From Picochlorum sp. SENEW3 (Eukaryota), in the NCBI GenBank assembly GCA_034226945.1, contig CP120455.1, positions 248,001 through 312,000 of the forward strand: a stretch of DNA of 64,000 nt, written 5' to 3'. Position 1 is the stretch's first letter. Every line of letters starts with the position of its first letter. Below the pieces are notes generated by a model. That model ran no database searches. It was not told the origin of the DNA and was given only the letters and a program-made list of their open reading frames with translations. Shown one piece after another: positions 54,787 to 64,000 of the stretch. Both the position numbers and the translations under genes were made by a program.

Positions 54787-56001
54787 ATGACAATGTCGTT
54801 GTGGACGGCAACGCTGGTGCCACACAGAGCACACCACAGGGTAGCATCATCATCTGGAAGATGGCATATGAAAAAGAGGGTCGGTTTGGCATCGCCACAC
54901 ACCGTGCGATCTCCATTTATTAATAATAAGGAGCTCAAACCTCCGAGCGTTGCATTCCATGACAGGACGACAGTTATCGTGCCCTCTGATGATGGCCCCA
55001 TACCAGAACTACTCTCATCAGCTCTAGAGACTACAAATAAATACATTCGCGCAGTGGTATGCACCATCCAAGCTCTGGTGTGCAACCTTGTGTGGAGAGG
55101 GCTTCCCTTTTGGTTCAGAAAAATAATTCAGCAGTCTTTTGGAACAGCGTCGTGGCCACCAAGTATCTCGAGACGGCATGTTGTGGAGCCATTATCGCGT
55201 TTTCTGACACATGGAAAGACTACATCGGGGCCAAGTCGAGAGGCTGTTGGGGTTGACAAGCGAGGCCTGTGTCTCAAGGCTCTGGACAATGTGGAAGCAT
55301 GGATGATAGAGGATCTGATCGGCATGGGCATTCGTCCACATAAATTACAATTATATAAATCTGCCTTGACTCACAGATCTGCTGTTGATGAAGACAGGAG
55401 AGATTTATCGTATGAGAGGTTTGAGTACCTGGGAGACGCTGTGCTTGAACTGGTCGTCAGAGACATGCTCTTTGAGCGAATACCAACTGCAGATGAAGGG
55501 ATTTTAACATTCCAAGCACAAAGTCTAGTACGGGGGGACTCTCTCAGTGCGTATGCTGCGTGGATGGGGCTAGACAAGTATGTCATGACGAATGCATACT
55601 CGCTCAGAAGGAGTCTCCTGCACAGCCCATCAATTCTCTGTGATGCATTTGAAGCACTCGTCGGCGCAATCTATACCGATAAAGGCTTACACGCTGCAAA
55701 GACATTCTTACATAGAGTATTTATAAACTGCCCGTTTGTGGAATACGAATCCCTCACGTTGGATTCGAATTTTGTCACCGACTTGAGCAGATTGAGCCAT
55801 AAACGTGGCTACTCACATCCACGTTACATTAACATGAACACTCAGGATTGCTATTCTTTCCTAAACGGAAGCACCATCAGATATTACACAGAGCAAGTGT
55901 ATATGAATGGAAAGCTCCACGGGATTGGCCAATCATATGATAAACGGATAGCACAGCAATTTGCAGCCAAGGCAACCCTCCGCCACATGTCCAATCAATG
56001 A
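54787..56001 (+). CDS. Ribonuclease III (single RNase III domain plus dsRBD) with N-terminal extension
   Basis: 'ALTHRS', signature 'ERFEYLGDAVLEL', 'DAFEALVGAIYTD', dsRBD end 'GIGQSYDKRIAQQFAAKATL'. Confidence 0.88.
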   Translation: MTMSLWTATLVPHRAHHRVASSSGRWHMKKRVGLASPHTVRSPFINNKELKPPSVAFHDRTTVIVPSDDGPIPELLSSALETTNKYIRAVVCTIQALVCNLVWRGLPFWFRKIIQQSFGTASWPPSISRRHVVEPLSRFLTHGKTTSGPSREAVGVDKRGLCLKALDNVEAWMIEDLIGMGIRPHKLQLYKSALTHRSAVDEDRRDLSYERFEYLGDAVLELVVRDMLFERIPTADEGILTFQAQSLVRGDSLSAYAAWMGLDKYVMTNAYSLRRSLLHSPSILCDAFEALVGAIYTDKGLHAAKTFLHRVFINCPFVEYESLTLDSNFVTDLSRLSHKRGYSHPRYINMNTQDCYSFLNGSTIRYYTEQVYMNGKLHGIGQSYDKRIAQQFAAKATLRHMSNQ

Positions 56002-56177
56002 TTACAACATTCATTACTATAATTATTTATTGATACATTTTTTTGATATACATACATGGTCTTGTGTACATGATCAAATCAAGAGAAGCAAAATTGATTC
56101 GATCCTTGTCTCTCGAAGAAGAAACAAAATTGCATGGTTGATGATGATTTTGAGGAAAAAACAAAACTCTGCTGCTG

Positions 56178-56647
56178 TTATTGCTGCTTATTCTCAAGTT
56201 CAGCCTCGAGATCTTCCAGCTCCTCCGCCGTCAAACCACACGCCAACAAGTTTGGAAACGTCACCCTTGCCCCAACCTCACTGACCATCAAAGGCGTCGA
56301 CACACGCTCCTGTTCCACATGCACCGCATCTCCTAGAACAATGCCCTTGTCCTCCTGGGTCACAACAAGGGAGCCAATCACACCACTCTTCCCCTCAATC
56401 CCTGCATATCAATAGTAGTATACAATTGTTAGGAAACCGTATATGACACAGGACTCTGACAGATATCTGCGCAGACGCGTGCGTCTCTAGATCTCTTCTA
56501 GATTCGCCGCAGATACTGTACTCGTGAAAGGGACACGTCACAAAAACGATACCGGATGCGTGCAACCTACAACCCCAACCTAATACGCTGTCCTTTAATG
56601 CAAAATAACGTACCAGTATCTGATAAATCGTCACCAATCGTTGCCAT
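56178..56647 (-). CDS. Small hypothetical protein (~85 aa); exons about 56647-56614 and 56401-56178
   Basis: ATG...ACTG|gtacgt donor and tatgcag| acceptor give MATIGDDLSDTGIEGKSGVIGSLVVTQED...; weak Roadblock-like N-terminus. Confidence 0.4.
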
Positions 56648-57059
56648 AGTGCCCAAGGAGTGGTAGACCAGAGTTGTGTAAATGCAACCGTCGAAATCAA
56701 TGTCTTTTCACAACGGGGTTATTATTCTCTCTTTACGAGTCTCTATATAAATACTAGTAGATATATATCATAAAATCGCTGTTACACGGTAATCGTATTT
56801 GAATGAATGAAATTCGCGTTTTTCTATTGGGGTTTCCATTAGGTCCAGTCTCTAGAAGTCTTTTCCTTGCTCGAGCTCGAGCTCGCTGAAAAAAGGCGCC
56901 ACCCAAGGGAGGAGGAGCGATCCTCAAGGGATCCCATCAAATGCCATCGTCAATGGGATACAGGTGAACAAGCCCAACTGTTCGACTCTTCAAGAAGACC
57001 TCGTCAGCCATGAAAGGTACCACACATAATTCCATCTCCATATTTAAATAGAAACTGTC

Positions 57060-58565
57060 ATGGTTGATCATTCAACAGCCGAGCAGGACCTCGCGTCTGA
57101 AATACTGCACTTGTCCTCGAGTCTCAAGCTGCCACAGATTGAAACGCGAAGCAGTCTGACAGAGTCCGGGTCGCAGGTGGGAGAGAGTCCTAGGAGTCCA
57201 GTGTTAAATATGAGTGAAGAAGACTTTGAAGTGCGCGCCAAGTTGGTCGGCGCATCGCCCAGAAGGGGGAATGGGTTGGCGCCATACCAAGCGTTGCCAG
57301 TGACCAAGGAAGACATGTGTACCATCACGCAACATCTGACTCCTGCGCTTCCTGTTCTTGAGCCATCTGACTCTACTCCTGAAGAAGTGGAGGAGCGGGT
57401 GAGTAGGGTGATTTTAGAGTACAAGAAAAAGTTGGAGGAGCGGACACAGATGCACATGGGGTACCCGTACAATTTGGACTTTGATTACGGGCCTTTGGAG
57501 TGTCTTCAAAAGTTCATGATCAACAACTTGGGGGATCCTTTTATTGAAAGTAATTATGGTGTGCATTCCAGAGAATTTGAGATTGGTGTGCTGAATTGGT
57601 TTGCCAAGCTGTGGGAGATTGAGGTGGAGGATTTCTGGGGCTATGTGACAAACTGTGGCACAGAGGGCAACCTGCACGGTATTTTGGTTGGGCGAGAGAC
57701 ATTGCCTGACGGTATTTTATATTCGAGTGTCGAAACGCATTATTCTGTATTCAAAGCTGCTCGCATGTATCGCATGGATGCGGTCAAAATTGACACGCTC
57801 GCATCTGGGGAAATGGATTATGATCACTTCAGGGCCATGTTGCTGAAAAATCATGATCGACCTGCCATCGTGAATGTCAACATTGGAACGACTGTGCGCG
57901 GTGCTGTGGATGATTTGGACAAGGTGATTGATATTTTGAAAGAATGTGGGTTTGATGAGGACAACTTTTATATTCATTGTGATGGCGCATTGTTTGGCAT
58001 GATGATTCCTTTCGTCAAGTTAGCACCGAAAGTGTCGTTTATAAAACCAATTGGGAGTGTATCAGTGTCAGGGCATAAGTTTGTTGGGGCTCCAGTGCCA
58101 TGCGGTGTTGTCATGACACGGCTGAAATTGATCCAATCAGTCTCCAGTGATGTAGAGTATCTGAACAGCAGGGATGCCACCATCATGGGATCTCGTAATG
58201 GACATGCACCAATATACCTGTGGTATACGTTGAATCGTAAAGGATACGATGGTATTCGCAAGGATGTGGAGAAATGCCTGATGAATGCGCATGTGCTGAG
58301 AAAGATGCTGCATGAAGCTGGCATTAGCACCATGCTCAATGAACTCTCATCCACCGTGGTATTCGAGCGGCCTGAAGAGGAAGAATTCGTTCGTAAGTGG
58401 CAACTTGCGTGTGAAAGCGACATTGCACATGTGGTTGTCATGCCAAACATTTCTATTGAAAAACTGGAAGTATTTGTACACGAGCTTATTGAATCCAGAG
58501 CACGCATGGCTGCACAGAAAGCCATGAGTGTGGCAAAGCAAGCATTACTCGCACAAGACTCATGA
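57060..58565 (+). CDS. SDC1: Serine decarboxylase (group II PLP decarboxylase)
   Basis: '[13 protein letters not shown]', '[19 protein letters not shown]', '[15 protein letters not shown]', 'HCDGALFG', PLP lysine in 'SVSGHK'. Confidence 0.95.
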   Translation: MVDHSTAEQDLASEILHLSSSLKLPQIETRSSLTESGSQVGESPRSPVLNMSEEDFEVRAKLVGASPRRGNGLAPYQALPVTKEDMCTITQHLTPALPVLEPSDSTPEEVEERVSRVILEYKKKLEERTQMHMGYPYNLDFDYGPLECLQKFMINNLGDPFIESNYGVHSREFEIGVLNWFAKLWEIEVEDFWGYVTNCGTEGNLHGILVGRETLPDGILYSSVETHYSVFKAARMYRMDAVKIDTLASGEMDYDHFRAMLLKNHDRPAIVNVNIGTTVRGAVDDLDKVIDILKECGFDEDNFYIHCDGALFGMMIPFVKLAPKVSFIKPIGSVSVSGHKFVGAPVPCGVVMTRLKLIQSVSSDVEYLNSRDATIMGSRNGHAPIYLWYTLNRKGYDGIRKDVEKCLMNAHVLRKMLHEAGISTMLNELSSTVVFERPEEEEFVRKWQLACESDIAHVVVMPNISIEKLEVFVHELIESRARMAAQKAMSVAKQALLAQDS

Positions 58566-58834
58566 TATATCTTCATTATTTTTTTTATACATGCTATTCT
58601 TCTTGCACTCTCTCTGTGTATACTGAAATGTAGCGTTGATCAATCGCTGTCATGTCAAGAAAGACAAATCATCATCATCACATGCCAAAGTACACAATGC
58701 ATCATGATATCATATTTTGACGTCTTCTTCTTTCTCCACGGTCTATTGCATTCAAAAATACATATACATCGCATGCTATATATATATATATATACGGATC
58801 AAACCAAGCAAAGCTCGGTACACCTTCTTCTTGA

Positions 58835-59838
58835 TTACAGACTAACAAGGACGGCATCTTCAGTACCATCACTCACACTGCGTTTTGAATGATAACTCGG
58901 GTCACCATCATCCCACGCATCATCTAAAGCATCATTATACTCCCTTTCCGTAAGCTGTGCTGGCGTCAAAGCAAACTGATGAACCTTGACAGGCTTGCCA
59001 GACAAATAGTGCCCAGGAAGCAATTCCTCCCATGCCACCAGCCCAATCCCATCGGACGAATTCACCCGTAACCGCTCATTACTAATCGTTAATCCACCAT
59101 CCTCATCAATCTCAAAATACATGTGTTCTTTACCACTGCTATCTCGTGCTGCAAAAACCTGCTTCCGATCCCCATCCACCAGTGCAAAGGCATACTGCCC
59201 TTGCAGCTCGGACAGCAACACCAACGGATCATCCACCTGCTGAAACATCGTATACACCAGCTCCGCAGCCTTCTCTCCCGGCGTCTTTTTAGGCATGACC
59301 ACCGCTGTAGGACTCGAACTCCTTGAATCAGGCGAGATTTCAAAATACCGATCAATCAGCTCCTCAAGATTGCTCAAATACCCCTGAAACACGCAAAACA
59401 CATTCTCCCCCTCATCATAAAATACACTCGGCTGCACCCTGTGAATCCCTCCCACCACCTCGAACAATCCAAAATGAACGACAGCAGCAGACGCGTGCCC
59501 AAAATGCCATGTATGGGGACTGGAATTCCAAGACCCAACCCCCAGTTGACCGCCAGTATCCACTAATCTATCATCACCGACTCCATGATTCGTTTCTTTT
59601 GCTGTAGAAGGAGATACCGTGGATGCAGATCTGCACGCATACCAAAAGAAGAATCAGAATCAAATGAATTACCACACCTTGCTCGTGCTCGCCATGTCAC
59701 AAAAAAAAAAACACGCTGCGTCCACCACATACACCCAACGCACTTTATAAGACCATCGATCCTCTGTTGTGTTGATTTCGTTGAATTACTACCCCGTCCA
59801 AAGCTCACACCAAGACTTCCAAACAAAGCCGTGATCCC
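58835..59838 (-). CDS. Wali7/TSJT1-like (DUF3700, Ntn-hydrolase fold) protein, multi-exon; start not resolved
   Basis: 'FCVFQGYLSNL..L...Y', 'LSELQGQYAF..VD.....VFAARDSSG...MYF', 'LLPGHY'. Confidence 0.7.
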
Positions 59839-60504
59839 TGCACCTCCCCTTGGACACAGCACACAATATCTGCCAGCTGATAAATGTTCTGACATATATC
59901 TATGACACAATCGTCAGATACGTATCCTAGTATAGCGATTTTTTAATAAAATACCTGAGAGAGACCCTTTTCTTGAGGTACTTCAAGTCACCACCCCTAC
60001 TTGTTTTTTTTCCTTGTTTAGATGCTTCACATGTGATTCCTTCAGGAACAAGGATGAACCATGAACACAATCAGCAGAGAGAGAAGGAGAGAGAAGGAGA
60101 GATCGACAGCATGATGGCACCATGTTGGAGAGGAAGAATCATCAGCACCTGTCTCTTACTGGCTTGACAGGCCTTGTATGGATCCACCAGTGACTACACT
60201 ACCATGCCGGGTAGTAGTAGGGTCCAGCAGGTGAGTGGGTGGATGGATCAGCATGACCAGTGCAATGCTCCTCATGCCCCACACGTGCATTGCCTGAGGA
60301 TGATGGAGAAGATGATGAAGATCGAACGATGAGCTGATGGTGTGGGTTCATCATCGGCGAGTCGATGGTGACCTTTCAGCAATGATGTTGTTGGTGGAGA
60401 TTGGTGGTCCTGAGATTGGGTTTTATCCCCGTACTACTACACAGATCTGCCCAGTATATCACACATTTTCATTCACAGAGATTTGTATTTGACTATACAC
60501 GACA

Positions 60505-61350
60505 ATGGCTCTTAGAAAACTCGCATCTGAAGCTGCTACTGGTCTTGGGGTTCGCTGGGCTGCAGCACCTGTGGCGTCCTCCAGTTCCACCAAGACTGCC
60601 ATCGCATCCGTCTTTTCCCGTGGATTTGCAACCGGTATGTATTTATTTGGTATATTTATGGGGAGATCAGGGTATCCATCGGGGTGGAGCCGGTCGTTGA
60701 TGATGTGACATGTGTGGATGATTTCATCACCTGGCTCTAATTGAATGTGCAGTGATGGATGGATTCAAGTATGCCAAGAGTCACGAATATGTCAATATGG
60801 ATGGGGATGTTGCAACAATTGGTATCAGCGATTTCGCTCAGGTGCGGCATTATCTTTATTTGACTGTAAACGTGTCACTGGGAGTAGTACCATGTGTACT
60901 ACTACTCTTCTTGTCGTGTGTCTTTCTTCATTCATTCTTGTATGGCAGTGTCTTTAGAATATCTATGTATGTCTGTGTAGAGTGAATTGGGTGATGTGGT
61001 GTACGTGGAGCTTCCAGAGGTTGGAAGTGAGCTGACCAAGGGGGAGACATTTGGGGTTGTTGAGTCTGTCAAGGTGCGTGTGATTCAAGTGCGTATGATG
61101 CTCGTGTATTTCATGTGTGGTCAACTATATGTATATGGGTTGAATACAGGCTGCCTCTGATGTGTATGCTCCAGTGTCTGGAGAGGTTGTGGAGGTGAAT
61201 GAGTCGCTTTCTGATGATCCATCAAAGGTCAACTCTGAGCCATTTGAAGGGGGATGGATGATGAAGGTCAAGGTGTCCGATGCAAGTGATGCTGATGCTC
61301 TTTTGGATGCAAAGGCGTATGAGGCACACTGTGAGTCTGGAGGTCACTAA
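60505..61350 (+). CDS. GDCH: Mitochondrial glycine cleavage system H protein, 4 exons
   Basis: Presequence; 'KYAKSHEYV', '[22 protein letters not shown]', lipoyl site '[18 protein letters not shown]', 'GGWMMKV'. Confidence 0.96.
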
Positions 61351-61715
61351 GGTGGCAAGATTTGTTGTTTTGATGAAAGAATAGATTTCTTTTTGTCATC
61401 CCTTGAATGTAACACATTCTCACAAATAATAGTACAATCGTGCGTATTGTTGTTCAATTGTCAATATTACTGTTTTTCTATCATTATAATCGAAGCAGAA
61501 GAGGTGCCAAATGTGAGGCTGGTGCCTCGATGTCTGCGTATGTCTGTGGTTCAATGATGGTTGACTTTTGGTTCCTAGATGTTGGTTCTCGTGTATCATG
61601 TGGGCATAGACATGTCGTGTCCATAGACTGGAAAAGGAACAAAATATATAGAGTTGGCTGATACAGCTGAGATTGAGTCCACCAGGAGAGGATGCAGCAC
61701 GAAGAGAGAGGGAAT

Positions 61716-63602
61716 ATGATGGCTGGGTGTCCCAAACTTCCTGGATATACCTTTGAGCACCATGTATGTGTGGAATTGGTATCATGATCGATAATAATAA
61801 TCATGTTTATGATTCAATGTATATTGTTATGTGTGCTGTGTAGCATGTTCAAGAAGAGGTGGCACGGGAGCCTGCGTTTAAGAGGCAGACATTGGTACAG
61901 GGGGGAGACCATATGGTGGTTCGCGCTGTTGCCCAGAAAGCGAGACAGAATCGAAAACGTATAGATGTTCAAGAGTATTTGTATGATTATAATAGTGGCA
62001 GAATGCCGTCATATGAACCTTTTGTGCCGGCCTGGATCAAATATCAAGATGTGGTATTGTGTTTCCATGCCACATGTGGTAGGGGAAAGGGTGATGATGC
62101 ATCGATCTTTGCTGTACGGATAGTATATCATCTGTATGACTCGACGTTTGAGGTTTTATATGATGATGGGGATTGGAAAGGGAGGGTGTTTATAAAGCGT
62201 TACACGAATCAGTCTGATGTGGAGCAGTCCTGTGTCAAGGGTAGCTTTGATCCCTTCAAAATTCAGATTGGTGATTGCGTAGAGATATGTGGGCGCCCAT
62301 TTACTATCAGAGATGCCGATCAACGGACGAGAGAATTCCGGGGAGATCATGGCTGTCCAATTGGGGCACCACTGCAATCTGTTAAGGATTTGGCCCAGGA
62401 GAAGGACCCCACGTTGGTCCGACAGCCATGCGGTGAAAAGATTACATCCTACCTCACATGCACGAGACAGATATCTCATAGAGTTCCTCTTGATTGGAAA
62501 GGCGTTGTTCTTAGATTCTGGGCCACTTGCGAGGAGGAGGAGGTGGAGGAAGGCAGATATCTGATTCAGTACTATCCTGAAGACTCGTCCATTGAGCTTC
62601 GAAAATTTGTGGATCCTGGCCGATCAAAGACCTGTCGGTACTTATCTCGTACGACATTGGTTGATCCGGTCGCATCCATGATGCATGACAGTGATACAAT
62701 GGTGGGCGGACCACTGCAACTGCAGGATGTCCTGGTGGGGCGGAGAGTGACAATTTGTGGCAAGCAATATTTTGTTTTCAAGACGGACGAGCCATCACTG
62801 CAGTGGCTGAGAGAGAACGTTCCCAATTTGGCAGAGGATATGCATGAAGCAATCTCCATGAATGATGACCATGCTGTGGGTGATACTCGCCAGGGCAAGC
62901 AACAGAAGAAGAGCTGCCAGCAGCAGGAGGAGGAGGACAATGACAATCAAGATCAGATCTCGCGCCCAGCACCACCAGGTGTCAACGAGATGCAGTTTCT
63001 GGCTCAATTCAGTACAGAAAAAGCTTCCAAGCGAGTATCACGGATTGACAAAGAGAGAAAATTTGTCATCACAGTGCATTGTGCTGATGAGACAATCTCC
63101 ATTCGGGAGATGCATCGACCAAATTCAGGAACTCTTGCTGGAAAATTCCTGGAAAGGCAAAAAGCATTTAGCACCTATACAGATAGATCGGTATGTTATT
63201 GTTGGATATGTTCCATCTTTGCTATTGCATTGTCTTCACACGTGGGTTACGATGCAATGATTGCAGAATCCAGTGAGACCTTTTGATTTCCACATTGGGG
63301 TGCATATTCAAATTTATGGCCACTGGTTTGAAGTACTTGATGCAGACGTCGCCACAATGCAATACATCGCAATAAACCCCGAGTACTTTGCGTCTATCGA
63401 TGGGTCGAAAGCTCTCGTCGATGTTGGGAACACTCTCGCATCTACCAACGTTGATGCACTGTGTCACCATCCTCCAAGGAAGCATGATCTAGATCCAATT
63501 TGGAATGGACACAGTGCACTTCTCCAAAGTCTCAAACAATCTCTTCCCCAGTATTCCATGCAACAGTTGATCAATGCTTGTATATTGTTGACTCATGAAT
63601 GA
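61716..63602 (+). CDS. RIB72/EFHC1-like DM10-domain axonemal protein; exons 61716-61763, 61844-63190, 63267-63602
   Basis: N-terminal 'PKLPGYT' and 'FKRQTL', 'PAWIKYQDVVLCF', three DM10 repeats (Y...D.T/S.E; G.F..R; IG..V.I.GR.F.I.DAD..T); both introns phase 0 and in frame. Confidence 0.8.
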
Positions 63603-63716
63603 TGCATTTGTGGACTCGTCCCTTGACATGATTTTTCATGCAAACAGGTGAAAAACAAATTCACATTGCAATCAAATTACAAAATCAAACCTAAACCATC
63701 ATGGAGATCATTCATT

Positions 63717-64000
63717 TCAAGTTCTGTTCTGTAATGCTTCGCGAAGCTTTGTATTTTCAGCCTTCTCAATCTCGCACTTTTCCTTGAGTGATGCAATCTC
63801 CTCCATAAGACTCTTCTTCTTACTCTCGAGTGCCTGCATCTTTGCCTTTAGGTTCTCAATTGCACTCTTCTGCCTCATTTTACTTTTTGCTGCACTCAGT
63901 CTATTGGCTAGAATCCGCCGAGCCTTTTTAGGGTCGATATTTGGGTCCATCCGAGGGTCCATGGCTGGCTGCCTTCCACCTTTTCCTTTTCTCAGATGTG
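63717..64000 (-). CDS. bZIP transcription factor, C-terminal part (5'-partial)
   Basis: Basic region 'DPKKARRILANRLSAAKSKMRQK' followed by a leucine zipper. Confidence 0.8.
   Translation of the reverse strand, partial: HLRKGKGGRQPAMDPRMDPNIDPKKARRILANRLSAAKSKMRQKSAIENLKAKMQALESKKKSLMEEIASLKEKCEIEKAENTKLREALQNRT

Noticed and set aside
58777..58793. (TA)n microsatellite; also short (AAT)n runs and short direct repeats near 15351 and 25110
   Set aside because: Ordinary simple repeats in UTR/intergenic DNA; no CRISPR-like or mobile-element structure

Overview
Gene-dense eukaryotic nuclear DNA from a green alga. Evidence: short GT-AG introns of mostly ~70-90 nt, TGTAA poly(A) signals, nuclear genes for plastid, mitochondrial and peroxisomal proteins, and intergenic gaps down to a few bp. 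A compact trebouxiophyte such as Picochlorum is my inference, not a database result. About 41 protein genes are recognisable, mostly housekeeping; I see no tRNA, rRNA, CRISPR or mobile element. Highlights: (1) a complete, structurally intact but sequence-variant U2 snRNA gene with its own promoter, nested antisense in an unusually long Serinc intron. Its branch-point recognition sequence is GUAGUU instead of GUAGUA, and the host intron's own branch point (AACTAAC) is complementary to that variant. (2) An intronless secreted, membrane-anchored Diedel-like Cys-rich EF-hand protein. (3) A CBP60/SARD1-like protein. (4) An atypical Hsp100/Clp with a Zn-ribbon insert and a degenerate second ATPase, starting 20 nt after the CTU2 stop (possible bicistron). 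(5) Flagellar/centriolar genes (RIB72/EFHC1, Sfi1-like). (6) Two candidate H/ACA-like structured RNAs. All family calls come from motif recognition by eye. Exon structures were deduced from splice signals and reading frame.
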